The notes below the pieces were generated by a model, which was given only the letters and a program-made list of their open reading frames with translations, did no database searches and was not told the DNA's origin. Both the position numbers and the translations under genes were made by a program. A stretch of DNA of 64,000 bases from an uncultured archaeon (GTDB taxonomy: Archaea > Thermoproteota > Nitrososphaeria > Nitrososphaerales > Gagatemarchaeaceae). The stretch spans positions 736,001-800,000 of the forward strand of contig CAWFOU010000001.1 of assembly GCA_963817525.1 (NCBI GenBank), read 5' to 3'. Each line of letters starts with the position of its first letter. Position 1 is the stretch's first letter. Below, piece by piece: positions 1 to 9,777 of this stretch.

Positions 1-163
1 GCCCGGGACACGAATTCTTTTCCGTGTCAGTGAGTGAGCCCGTGGAATTCGGTAGTCCCCAGATTGGGCCATCCTACCGAGTCAACGGTCCCAAGGGCTC
101 TCTGCCGTTAAAAGCCGCACAGCGCTTCTGGCGCGTTCACCTTGGCGGAAAAGCAGGAGTTCG

Positions 164-1387
164 TCAGGATCCCGAGGTCGCAGCTCGAGGCCTGGATCGA
201 GGAGCTGTCTGCACTTCGGGAGGGGCTCGCCCCGGCGCAAACTCCCTCATCTGCTCCTCAAGGCGGGCGATCCTCTCGCCGTACTCGGCCTTGACCGCCT
301 TTTCCTTCTCGTCCCGCTCCCTCTCCCTCTCCTTCAGCAGCAGCAACTCGAGCTGGATGTCCTTCCTCTCCTTCTCGCGCTCCTCCTTCTCTTTGGTCAG
401 CTCCTTCCTCGCCTGCTCCGCCTCGGATATCGTCAGGAAGGGTACCGCCTTCAGGTACTCCTGCTCCAGGTGGTCGAGCGTCGGCTTGTAGTAGGCCATC
501 CTGTGGCCCAGGAGCACCTCCTGGTCTTCCCACCTCAGCCCCGCCCTGCTCATCTGCGTCTTCGCGAACTTCCTGAACCCGTGGGCGCTCTTGAACTCGC
601 CCTTCACGTCCGTCGACTTTAGCCCGGAGCAGAGCCAGGCGCGGCGCAGGATGTTCTTGACGACCATCCCCGCGAGGGGGTGGGCTATGTCCGGGGCGAT
701 CTTCTGCTTGTCGTACCTCACGCCGTAGTCCCACTTGTCCCTGACCAGGGGCGACTCTGGATTGACCTTCTCCCCCACCAGCTCTCTCTCCGCCCTGTAC
801 CTCCTCCAGGCCTCCGCCGCCTCCGGCGAGACGAGGGTGACGTACTCTTCTGGCTCGCCCCTGTAGATGGTGATGGCCCCGACCCCGGACTCCCTCAGCA
901 AGAGGTGCCCCACCTTCAGCCAGGACCAGGCCCCCACCCTGAACCCGCCCGAGGCCATCGCGAGGACGATGAAGGCCAGCCGGTTGTCCTGCCCCTCGAG
1001 CACCTTCCTCACCTCCTCCACCGTGGGCGCCCTGTCCACGCCGACGTACCTCACGGGCGGCACCTTCCTCCTGATGATCTTCCAGTCGAGGTTGTACCCG
1101 TACTCCTCGCAGAAGGCCTTGACGTTGGAGACCCTGTTGGAGATCGTGGCCCCCGTGAACTTGTCCCTGCTGGCGATGATGTAGCCGACCAGGAGCTCCT
1201 TGGCCTTCGCCGGGTCGAGGGAGAGGAATGAATCAGGGTCGGGGCCAAGGACCTTCTTGATGCTCGACTCGTAGGTGACCCTGGTCGCCTCAGACCTGAG
1301 GCTGGCGATGAAGGCCTCGAACTTCGTCGTCGCGGTCGTGGTGGCGGTCACGGAAGACACAAGGTGCCCAGAGTATATTAGAACCAA
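164..1387 (-). CDS. Tyrosine recombinase/integrase (true start probably GTG near 1351-1360)
   Basis: Catalytic motifs SGGFR, HGFRK, LLGH and a downstream Tyr (MAYY); C-terminal coiled coil. Confidence 0.9.
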   Translation of the reverse strand: MVLIYSGHLVSSVTATTTATTKFEAFIASLRSEATRVTYESSIKKVLGPDPDSFLSLDPAKAKELLVGYIIASRDKFTGATISNRVSNVKAFCEEYGYNLDWKIIRRKVPPVRYVGVDRAPTVEEVRKVLEGQDNRLAFIVLAMASGGFRVGAWSWLKVGHLLLRESGVGAITIYRGEPEEYVTLVSPEAAEAWRRYRAERELVGEKVNPESPLVRDKWDYGVRYDKQKIAPDIAHPLAGMVVKNILRRAWLCSGLKSTDVKGEFKSAHGFRKFAKTQMSRAGLRWEDQEVLLGHRMAYYKPTLDHLEQEYLKAVPFLTISEAEQARKELTKEKEEREKERKDIQLELLLLKERERERDEKEKAVKAEYGERIARLEEQMREFAPGRAPPEVQTAPRSRPRAATSGS

Positions 1388-1401
1388 TTCTTGGGATAAA
1401 A

Positions 1402-2310
1402 TGGCACAACGAGCACGCGGAGCTGGTAAAGTCGGTCGGGGGGCAGGTCCTCTCGCCGGGGAAGGACGACTTTGCGATAAACCCGATGGACATGGGGCCG
1501 GGGACGGAGCCCGCGGAGCACGTGGAGATGGTCACGGACATATTCTCCGACACCTACCACTTCACCCACCCCCAGGCCTACATGTTCAGGAACGCGCTGC
1601 AGCGCTGCCTGAGCGAGGCGGCGGACAGGGAGGTCCCGACGCTGGCCTCCCTCGTGGGCACGATAGAGAGCTATCCCCTAAGGTCGGCGTACGACAACGA
1701 GACCAAGGTCGCGCTGCTGAGGAGGCTCGTGCCCTTGACCCAGGGGCACGTCGGGCGCGCGTTCAACTCCCCCTCCAGCCACACGGTGGACGAGCTCCTC
1801 GACAAGGTCCTCTGCGTCGAGCTCGGGAACATCAGGGAGACGCTCTCCAGGGGCATCTTCGCCGACATACTCCTGAAGCTGGTCTACGAGATGAGGGTAG
1901 CGAGGAAGGCCAGGATGGAGCACATCACGATGATCGAGGAGGCGCGCAACATCGCGCCCGTGAGGAGGGAGGAGGACCCGCCGAGCGTTGGGGAGAGGAT
2001 GATATCGGAGCTCAGGAAGTTCGGCGAGTCGATGCTCTTCGTCGCCCAGTTCCCGACCCAGGTGGCCCCGGAGGTCGTCAAGAACTCGGGAGTGAGGATA
2101 ATCCACAGAGTCGCCTGGGCGGAGGACCTCAGGCTCGTGCGCGACTCGCTCAACCTCACCCAGGAGCAGCTCGCGTACGTCTCGAACCTGGGCGTAGGGG
2201 AGGCGGTCGTGAGCCTGACCAGGCTGCAAAAGCCGGTGCTCGTTCAGGTCGAGGCGGGAAGCTCCCTGTCGCCCGCGAGGAGGGACCTCAACTTGCTCGA
2301 AGAGTCGTAG
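1402..2310 (+). pseudogene. HerA/FtsK-like P-loop ATPase, 5'-truncated
   Basis: Open frame from 1402 reads WHNEH..FAINPMD; IEEARN (Walker B), ELRKFG (Arg finger) and VAQFP are present; Walker A is missing. Confidence 0.75.
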
Positions 2311-2822
2311 CTCAGGGTCCAGTCGATCCAAGCCCGGGTCGAGGGAGGACGCTTGGTCGGCCCCGCCGCCTCCGCGTCCCTAGCGAGCGCCCTGGCGACC
2401 TTCCCCGGCGGTGCGGTGGTGGTGTCGTACTCGTGGACGAGGGCGCTCCCGAACCTCCTTACGCACTCGTCGAGGACGACCCCGATGAGCTCGGCCTCCA
2501 CGTTCTCGGTGACCTTGGGGGCGGGATAGCCCCTCTTCAGCAGCCTCCCGCGGAGCACCGCTGGCTCGCACCTCAGGACGGCGACGAAACTAGCCTCTGG
2601 CTTCCTGAGAACATGGGGGAGAAGGTGCCCAAAGATGACGCCGCGGGGAGGGTCGAGCTCGAGGAGCCTGCGCCGCAGGAGGGCCGTGTCGACATCGCCC
2701 TCGACCTTCGCGAGCATGTTGACAGGAATCGGCGGCGGGAGCCCCATCACCTTCGCCACGATAGGGGCGACCGTCTTCTTCCCCGTCCCGGGGGTCCCGG
2801 ATATGCCGACCATCCCTAGCAT
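2244..2822 (-). CDS. Archaeal AK6/Fap7-type adenylate kinase
   Basis: ISGTPGTGKKT P-loop, GHL motif, RGY..KVTENVEAE. Confidence 0.85.
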   Translation of the reverse strand: MLGMVGISGTPGTGKKTVAPIVAKVMGLPPPIPVNMLAKVEGDVDTALLRRRLLELDPPRGVIFGHLLPHVLRKPEASFVAVLRCEPAVLRGRLLKRGYPAPKVTENVEAELIGVVLDECVRRFGSALVHEYDTTTAPPGKVARALARDAEAAGPTKRPPSTRAWIDWTLSYDSSSKLRSLLAGDRELPAST

Positions 2823-2862
2823 GGGGATTCGGCCGGGCGGGCGGTAAAAATGGCTATCGCGC

Positions 2863-3411
2863 CTAGGCGGTCTTCAGCATCTCGAGGTACTTCTTCCTGA
2901 GCTTCGAGACCTTGGGGCGGATCACGAAGAGGCAGTAGGGCTGCAGCGGGTTCTTCTTGTAGTAGCCCTGGTGGTAGCCTTCGGCCGGGTAGAACGACTC
3001 GAAGGGCTTCACCTCGGTGACGGCCTTCGCGTCCCAGACGCCAGAGTCGTCGATCTCCTTGATGGCGTCCTCTGCCGCCCTCTTCTGCTCCTCGTTGCGA
3101 TAGAGCACGATGGAACGGTATTGCGTCCCCACGTCGTTGCCCTGCCTGTCCTTTGTGGTGGGGTCGTGCAGCGTGAAGAAGACGTGCAGGAGCTCGCGCA
3201 GGGAGACCACGCTGGGGTCGAACGTTATCTGGGCGACCTCCGCGTGGCCGGTCGACCCCGAGCACACCTGCTCGTACGACGGGCTCGGGACGCTCCCTCC
3301 CGAGTAGCCCGAGACGACCTGCTCGACGCCCTTCAAGTCGGCGAAGACGGCGTCCACGCACCAGAAGCAGCCCCCGCCGAGCGTTATGACCTCGTTCTTT
3401 GAAGACGACAC
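2863..3411 (-). CDS. msrA: Peptide-methionine (S)-S-oxide reductase
   Basis: GGGCFW, GHAE, QGNDVGTQYRS, AEGYHQ. Confidence 0.97.
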   Translation of the reverse strand: MSSSKNEVITLGGGCFWCVDAVFADLKGVEQVVSGYSGGSVPSPSYEQVCSGSTGHAEVAQITFDPSVVSLRELLHVFFTLHDPTTKDRQGNDVGTQYRSIVLYRNEEQKRAAEDAIKEIDDSGVWDAKAVTEVKPFESFYPAEGYHQGYYKKNPLQPYCLFVIRPKVSKLRKKYLEMLKTA

Positions 3412-3456
3412 TTCAGTGAATGTTGGCAGGTCCCGGGCTATAATCCTTGTTCATAA

Positions 3457-4434
3457 TTAGGCGCGGCAGGCGCCCCCGCCCGCGACTCGGAGGCTCTTCC
3501 CGTTCAGGTCGACCACGCCGACGCGCATCCCGTCCCACGCCGGGACGACCGACGGCAGCGAGGCGGTGACCTGGCCGGCCCCCGTTCCCTCCGTCTTGAG
3601 CCTGCACGTGAGGATCTCGCCCGGCAGCTGGACGTGGAGGTCCCTCCCGTCCACCCCCTGCTTGTAGAACGGGCTCTGCCTAAAGCCGAAGGTGACCGAG
3701 TCCTTGAGCTGGAAGCTTCCGTCGTCCATCCACGAGACCTTGTCGAGGTCCTTGAGCTCGACTCCCTTGAGGGAGAGCCCGACCCTGAGGCCCCTCCCCA
3801 CGGTCTGCTGGTCCTCGTCGCTAACCTGGATCCCCCTCACCTCGGCCAGCTTACCTTCGGCGCTCGGGATCAGACGAAGCTCGTCGTGGACGCTGACCGT
3901 CCCCCCGAGCACAAAGCCCAGGACGACCACGCCCACGCCCTTCACGCTGAACGCCCTGTCGATGTAGATCAGGGTCCCCTTCGGGGGCACGTTCGGCCCC
4001 GCCTTTACCGCGGAGAGGTCGAACACCGACGACTTTGAGCTTCGGCTGCTCGCGGGATACCCCTCGAGCCTGGTCCCTTTGAAGTACGAGCCTATTGCGG
4101 ACGGTGGCTCCTCGTCGACCGCGACGATAGAGCCGTCGAGGCCGAACGCGTCCAGGATGACCGCGAGCTCCCCGTCGGGCGCGGAGATCCTGCCGAACTT
4201 CGGGAGGACGTATATGGCATAGTCCGAGATGGAGGCGATCCGGGAGTAGCCCTGGACCTTGTCTGGGAACTGCGCGTCCTCCAGGAAGGAGTAGCTTATC
4301 CCCGCATCGACCCTCCGGTGCACGACCATCGCTCCCTCCGCCTCGCTCTTCTTCGTGACCGGCCCCAGGAGGCCTGCCTTCGCCCCCGCGTCCGTCCCGA
4401 ATACTCCGACTATCCTGCCTTCCAGCTCTCCCAA
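3457..4434 (-). CDS. SelB-like/EF-Tu domain-II protein with degenerate G domain
   Basis: IDRAFSVKGVGVVVLG and RVGLSLKG motifs; no GxxxxGKT. Confidence 0.75.
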   Translation of the reverse strand: MGELEGRIVGVFGTDAGAKAGLLGPVTKKSEAEGAMVVHRRVDAGISYSFLEDAQFPDKVQGYSRIASISDYAIYVLPKFGRISAPDGELAVILDAFGLDGSIVAVDEEPPSAIGSYFKGTRLEGYPASSRSSKSSVFDLSAVKAGPNVPPKGTLIYIDRAFSVKGVGVVVLGFVLGGTVSVHDELRLIPSAEGKLAEVRGIQVSDEDQQTVGRGLRVGLSLKGVELKDLDKVSWMDDGSFQLKDSVTFGFRQSPFYKQGVDGRDLHVQLPGEILTCRLKTEGTGAGQVTASLPSVVPAWDGMRVGVVDLNGKSLRVAGGGACRA

Positions 4435-4456
4435 CCCTCGAACCGTCTCAAGGACG

Positions 4457-5713
4457 TTACCCCCTCGGCCGCCTCTCCTTAATCAAAGCGGATAGGTACC
4501 AGAGGTTCAGTCCCGAGAACGTCAGCCCCTCGGCGTATAGCAGGACGTTCCTCAGCTGCCCCGTGGAGGCGATGATGCTCGCCTCGAGCTGGAGGGCGTT
4601 GGGATAGACCGGGGAGAGGAACCTGATGAGGAGGACGTTGTTGGTGACGATGGCCGCGAGGACGACGGCCGAGACCGCGTAGAAGAGCCTCATCCTCCCT
4701 GGGTTCCAGAGAGAGGCGTCCACGAGGAGCAGGGCGAGGAGGTAGATGGAGTACTGTTCGTTGACCTGGCCGCGGACTAGTAGGAACGTCAGGGTTATGA
4801 CGAGCAGGGACTGCACCACGCCTCTGTCGGAGTCGGAGCCGAACCAGGTGCGCGCGGCGAGGCTCGCCACGACCACGGCAGGTATCCAGAGGTAGGCGCC
4901 CCAGTTTATGACGCTGTAGAACGTCGAGTTGGAGACCACGTTCAGGCTGTTGAGGAACACCCATGTCCCCCAGAGGGAAAGGGGGAACCCGTAGACGTGC
5001 AGCGTGTTCTCGAGGGTGCTGATGACCGTGTAGTGCAATCCCGTGACGGGCCAGCCCGCGAGGTAGACGATCACCGCGGTGGAGAGCACCGGCACGCCGA
5101 GGGCGATCGCGAAGTTCGCCCACCTCCTCTCCCTGGAGAAGGACAGTGGCAGGATGTAGATCACGGGGATGGATTTTACGAAGGTCGCGAGACCGCTCCA
5201 CGCCGACCTTGCCTTTCCCGCGGGCGCGAGGAGGGCGAGCATGACGAGGGACATCGCCATCGAGTCGAAGGTCCCCCAAATCGAGGAGATGATTATCGTG
5301 ATTGGGGAGAAGAGCCACAGAGCCATGACCTTCGGGGCGAGCTCCGGGTTCTGCCTCCTCACGTAGAGGAACAGGAGGAACGCCAGCAGCACGTCGGCGA
5401 ATATTATCGGCTGCTTCAGGAGGAAGTAGTAGACGAACCTGTCGCCGAATCCCACCCCGGAGTAGAGCTCGTATATCGCTCCCAGGAGGAGTGGCCAGAA
5501 CGGGAGGTAGCCGATTGCTGCGTTGCTGCCGTTGCCAAAGTCGTTGGCGAAGGTCACCCCCGGCGCGGGTGGCAGCGGCGCGTAGGGGCTGAGCCCCCTC
5601 ACCACCCAGTAGCCGGTCCTCACCCATACCTCAAAGTCGAAGGGGTGGCCCGTCCAGAAGCTGAAGACCTCGCGCACGAGGATCCCCAACACGAGGAGCG
5701 TCCTGACCCTCAT
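4457..5713 (-). CDS. Polytopic GT-C membrane glycosyltransferase (GT87/PIG-M-like)
   Basis: About 10 TM segments; GHPFD, YLPFW, KQP..AD and WGTFD motifs. Confidence 0.7.
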   Translation of the reverse strand: MRVRTLLVLGILVREVFSFWTGHPFDFEVWVRTGYWVVRGLSPYAPLPPAPGVTFANDFGNGSNAAIGYLPFWPLLLGAIYELYSGVGFGDRFVYYFLLKQPIIFADVLLAFLLFLYVRRQNPELAPKVMALWLFSPITIIISSIWGTFDSMAMSLVMLALLAPAGKARSAWSGLATFVKSIPVIYILPLSFSRERRWANFAIALGVPVLSTAVIVYLAGWPVTGLHYTVISTLENTLHVYGFPLSLWGTWVFLNSLNVVSNSTFYSVINWGAYLWIPAVVVASLAARTWFGSDSDRGVVQSLLVITLTFLLVRGQVNEQYSIYLLALLLVDASLWNPGRMRLFYAVSAVVLAAIVTNNVLLIRFLSPVYPNALQLEASIIASTGQLRNVLLYAEGLTFSGLNLWYLSALIKERRPRG

Positions 5714-5851
5714 CGACTCACCCCGAGACCCGAGCGCACGGACGCGTCGAGGCACCCGTTGGATCGCTTTCCAAGTGCGTCCGACCAACGGTCGAAGGGG
5801 CATGGTACTTGAACTTGACACACCGGCGGGCGGTCGGGCTCATGCCGGGCC

Positions 5852-7216
5852 TCAGGCGCGGGCCGGGGACGCAGCGGAGGGTGGGCCGCTCCGTGTCTTT
5901 CGACGGCGGACCTCCAGCAGCCTAGCGGCGAAGAGGCCCGCGAGTATCGCCCCGTCGATCACCCCGAACTCTATTGCGTTGGAGCTCAGGGCCAGCGCGC
6001 CCGGGGCGCCGGGGGTGACCAGTGCGGTGGAGGAGGTGGCGGAGGCGGATGACGAAACCGAGGTCGTGGTAGAGAAATCGGAAGGAGGGGTGATGACCGC
6101 AACCGTGTTGTCGTCCACGTCGGCCACGAAGACCTCCCCCTTGGAGGAGTCGTACGCGAGGGCGAAGGGGCCCGGCCCGACGACGACCGTCCCGAGGACA
6201 GAGTCGGTAGTGTCGGAGATCACCGAGGTGGTGTTGTCTTGCGAGTTGGCGACGAACATCTCTCCGTTCGAGGGGTCGTACGCGAGGGCGTCGGGCCCTT
6301 CACCTACCTCCACGCTGGCGATTATCGAGTCGTTCGAGCTCGAGATGACCGTGACCGTGCTCCCGCCGATGTCCGCGACGAAGACGTCTCCAGTGACGGG
6401 GTCGTACGCGAGGGCGATGGGCTCGGTCGCCGACTCCCTGAACCCGCCGCCCTGGCCGGCCGCCGCCGCCAAGGTCAGCGAAACGGTCTTGAGGACAGAG
6501 TCGTTCGCGTCGGAGATGATTGAGACGCTCCCGTTCCCAAAGTTCCCGACGAAGACCTCTCCCGTGGAGGGGTCGTAGGCGAGGGCGCGCGGGGTGTCCA
6601 CGCCCAGGAAGCTTGAGACGCCGACGGTCACCGTCGCCACCGCCTTGTCGGTGGAGTCGGAGATGACCGAGATGGTGTCGTCGTTGTGGTTGGCCACGAA
6701 GACCTCCCCCTTGGAGGAGTCGTATGCTAGGGCGATGGGTCCTGACCCGACGGGAATCGTCGCCACTACCTCGTTGGTGGCGTCTGAGATGACGGAGACG
6801 CTGGAGTTCCCGTTGTTCGCCACGAAGACCTCCCCTTTGGCGGGGTCGTAGGCGAGGGCAAAGGGGTCTATGCCAACCGGGATGGTTGCGACGACCGAGT
6901 CATTCGAGTCGGAGATGACGGTGACCGTGTTGTCCTGATAGTTGGCGACGAAGACCTCTCCTTTGAGGGGGTCATACGCCAGGGCGACGGGGCCGGGGGT
7001 CTTGACCGTCGCGACGACGGCGGACGGAGCGCCAGCGGCCCCGGCGAGGAGGGCGGAAGGCGCCAGGAGCGACGCGATGAGAAGTGCCGCGACGAGCGCC
7101 GGGCCTGGACCCCGAAGCACACTCCTACGGGTCAATCTGGAGCAAAATCGTGCCGCCCGATATAGATGTATCATCAGCTCACCGCCAGGAGCGGGCGTCT
7201 CCCACCCCTGCCGCAC
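5852..7216 (-). CDS. YVTN/YncE-type beta-propeller surface protein
   Basis: Seven repeats of P.ALAYDP..GEVFVAN....TVSVIS; signal peptide; S/T linker and C-terminal TM. Confidence 0.85.
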   Translation of the reverse strand: MRQGWETPAPGGELMIHLYRAARFCSRLTRRSVLRGPGPALVAALLIASLLAPSALLAGAAGAPSAVVATVKTPGPVALAYDPLKGEVFVANYQDNTVTVISDSNDSVVATIPVGIDPFALAYDPAKGEVFVANNGNSSVSVISDATNEVVATIPVGSGPIALAYDSSKGEVFVANHNDDTISVISDSTDKAVATVTVGVSSFLGVDTPRALAYDPSTGEVFVGNFGNGSVSIISDANDSVLKTVSLTLAAAAGQGGGFRESATEPIALAYDPVTGDVFVADIGGSTVTVISSSNDSIIASVEVGEGPDALAYDPSNGEMFVANSQDNTTSVISDTTDSVLGTVVVGPGPFALAYDSSKGEVFVADVDDNTVAVITPPSDFSTTTSVSSSASATSSTALVTPGAPGALALSSNAIEFGVIDGAILAGLFAARLLEVRRRKTRSGPPSAASPARA

Positions 7217-7389
7217 AGGCCTTTTCCTGCTTTGTAGTCACGCTCTATAAGATGTAATAACGAAAGGCTCCCGGATACGCCGGCTATAACGAAATGAGTC
7301 AATCCGAAACGACCCTGACCCATTCACCTGGCTTCGAATCCATGACACCAACTTTCTACTCACCAGCCAGAAGCCGCCGCACGTTGTAG

Positions 7390-7830
7390 TTATCCCGGCT
7401 TCTTGGTGTTGAACGAAGCAGAACTCTCTCTCCTGATTTCTTTGACGACATCCAGGTCAGAGTCGTCAGAGACCAGAGAATCCACTGTCTTACCAATAGC
7501 CGAGGTCACGTGTATTGCATCTCTCGGCGCAATATTGTATTGTGAAAGCAGGCGCTGGGCGGACCGGATGACCTCCTCCGAGGTCGCTACAAACCGCAGA
7601 TTTGGATAGGAAACGAGCTTCTCGCCCGCCTGAATCGAGTCTGCTCTCCCAAGAACTCGTCTTACCACCCACACGACTTCATCCCAAGTCAGGGTCGAGG
7701 TGTACGCCGTCACCTCGCCTCTCTCCACGGCAGCGAGTACCTTCTTTGAATTCGTAGCTTCCGAAGAGCGCTCGTAGATCACTGGAGAGATGAATATGTT
7801 CGAGTCAATGTAGATGCTTTTGGCGTCCAA
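7390..7830 (-). CDS. vapC: VapC PIN-domain toxin
   Basis: YIDSNIF, TWDEV, PRDAIH, SDDSDL. Confidence 0.9.
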   Translation of the reverse strand: MDAKSIYIDSNIFISPVIYERSSEATNSKKVLAAVERGEVTAYTSTLTWDEVVWVVRRVLGRADSIQAGEKLVSYPNLRFVATSEEVIRSAQRLLSQYNIAPRDAIHVTSAIGKTVDSLVSDDSDLDVVKEIRRESSASFNTKKPG

Positions 7831-8065
7831 GTCGTTCCTCCTCCAGTAGTTTCTTGATGTTCACTGCGTGGTCGAGTTTTCGGGAGTATGTCGTCGTGAA
7901 ATAGTCGACGTAATTCTCCGTAGGGGGACCTGCTCTCCTTATCATGACCGTCCCACTTTTCGCTTCGACGACCACCTCCGTCCCCTCCTTTATCCCGGTC
8001 TGCTCCCTTATGGTCTTGGGAATTACTATCTGGCCCTTCTCCCCGACCTTCATCCGGCTTTTCAT
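7805..8065 (-). CDS. vapB: AbrB/MazE-type antitoxin
   Basis: KVGEKGQIVIPKTIRE; overlaps the vapC start. Confidence 0.9.
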   Translation of the reverse strand: MKSRMKVGEKGQIVIPKTIREQTGIKEGTEVVVEAKSGTVMIRRAGPPTENYVDYFTTTYSRKLDHAVNIKKLLEEERLGRQKHLH

Positions 8066-8190
8066 ACATGTAGTTGGAAGTATAACTATCTTTTATACTT
8101 TCTAAGGCGCTGCTGAACCGGTTCCAGAGCGGGCGTGGCCTCGCAAAAAGGAGCGCGGATTCCCGGCGCATGACATGCGGAAGAATCATA

Positions 8191-8230
8191 GTGCCTCGGC
8201 CGGGAGTGGAACCCCCATATGGGTGCTTTT
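8191..8230 (-). repeat. Degenerate direct copy of tRNA-Glu 3' end (att-like site)
   Basis: GTGCCTCGGCCGGGAGTGGAACCC versus ATGCCCCGGCCGGGATTTGAACCC at 9239-9262. Confidence 0.8.
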
Positions 8231-8388
8231 CAACTCGTGAGACTTGTCAGGAACCCACTTCTTCCATGCTAAAGGTATGCGGTCCATGCGCTGCCTCGGG
8301 GTATCGTCGAACGGACTGACCTTTTCGCCTCCTCCACGAAAATTGGTCGGAAAGAGGTATTCAACCCACTGGAACGACTTGGTCACGG

Positions 8389-9156
8389 TCACTCGTTGGG
8401 GAAGCTCACGTCGACATAGGTGGCAGGCGCCGAGATTTCCAATGACTGTAGATGGAAGCCAATAGAAATGCATAGGCTAGGTCCCCCGACCGCACGAGAA
8501 AAGTCCGAGGCATTGACCTCAGCCGCGGAGTAGCCGACCGCGAGCGGAAGGTAATAGCAGCCGCTGAAGCCCTGGAACGACCGGTCGAGAAACCCTGTCG
8601 TCCCAGGCACGGGCTCGACCAAGTAGTCTACCGTGAACGTGGAGTTCTGAGGGATCTCCGTAAGATTCTCGGAGGGAGGAATTACGCTTAGTTGAAAGGA
8701 ACTATTGTCGTTCTCAAACTCACCTCCTGGTCCGTAGTCACCAATCCCGATGCTGTTGCCGAGCGTTCCGTTCGGGAAGTTTTTGGCCAATTGGGGATTG
8801 GTTACGATATACGTAAGTCGTACGCAGAAGGTCGCTCCAGAATAGGGGATCACGAGCGCGGGTAAGGTGCTTGTGAAGTTCCCCGTATTGGTGAAGTTCG
8901 AATAAGTAGCGGGACCGACGGGCACGCTGTGAAAGGCCCCGCAATGGACGGAGGACGTCTCTACGAGGGTTGTCGTCGAGGTGACCGTGGAGTTCGACTG
9001 GGTCGTGATCATCGCCGTGCTCGAGACCGTAGCGGTAAGTGTCCCTGTCTGCCGGACGCCGGTCCCCGCCAGGTACCCTGCGCCAAGGCTCGCAATCACG
9101 AGGATCACGATCAGGCCCACCAGGGCTTCGCTCCGCATCGCTCCCCGGAAGCGCAA
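8389..9156 (-). CDS. Membrane-anchored secreted protein with Thr-rich stalk
   Basis: N-terminal TM, poly-Thr tract, several NxS/T sequons. Confidence 0.7.
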   Translation of the reverse strand: MRFRGAMRSEALVGLIVILVIASLGAGYLAGTGVRQTGTLTATVSSTAMITTQSNSTVTSTTTLVETSSVHCGAFHSVPVGPATYSNFTNTGNFTSTLPALVIPYSGATFCVRLTYIVTNPQLAKNFPNGTLGNSIGIGDYGPGGEFENDNSSFQLSVIPPSENLTEIPQNSTFTVDYLVEPVPGTTGFLDRSFQGFSGCYYLPLAVGYSAAEVNASDFSRAVGGPSLCISIGFHLQSLEISAPATYVDVSFPNE

Positions 9157-9239
9157 GACGGGTGGGGCGCCTATTCAACCCCTGGGTAGAATGTTCTATC
9201 TCCCGTTTGGGCATGAGGTTATTTGAGAATCAATATGGA

Positions 9240-9314
9240 TGCCCCGGCCGGGATTTGAACCCAGGTCACTACCTCGAGAGGGTAGTATGCTTGGCCGGAC
9301 TACACCACCGGGGC
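9240..9314 (-). tRNA. tRNA-Glu (CTC)
   Basis: Cloverleaf GCCCCGG...CTACC-CTCTCGA-GGTAG...TTCAAAT...CCGGGGC-A. Confidence 0.95.
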
Positions 9315-9356
9315 GCATGCAAGCGCCCCATCAAGACCGGATTAAAAGTTAAGTTG

Positions 9357-9581
9357 CTACTGCGTCTTCAGCACGGCCTTGGCCGCGAGCTTGACGTCCG
9401 AGGGCTTCACGGTCTTCCTCCCCGCGTGCTTCGCGAATTCCGTCGCCTGCCTCGCGATCTGGAGCCCCACCTCCTCGAGCACAACGCGGAGCTCGATAGC
9501 CGCGTCGTCTCCCACTCGCTCGGCGCCCGCCTTCTTAATGAGGCGATAGACCGCGGCCAACCCGAACTCAGACTCGGACAT
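9357..9581 (-). CDS. Archaeal histone (HMf family)
   Basis: [11 protein letters not shown]...[14 protein letters not shown]. Confidence 0.95.
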   Translation of the reverse strand: MSESEFGLAAVYRLIKKAGAERVGDDAAIELRVVLEEVGLQIARQATEFAKHAGRKTVKPSDVKLAAKAVLKTQ

Positions 9582-9777
9582 GCTGACGATTTTGACTGAT
9601 GCGCGGTTAATTATTAAACCTTTGGACTAAAATGTTTGCAACCTTGCTCTGTTAGCATTCTCTCGCGGTCTTCTTGCCGATTGGAAGCGTGGCGGCAGCG
9701 GTAGCTGACTTTAGGCCCTAATACCACGAAATCGACCTTACAATGGATATATCAGGCCTCTGCGGCGTATTAGGATT

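Noticed and set aside
6100-7000. Tandem ~126-bp DNA repeats
   Set aside because: They are explained by the beta-propeller blades of the YVTN protein.
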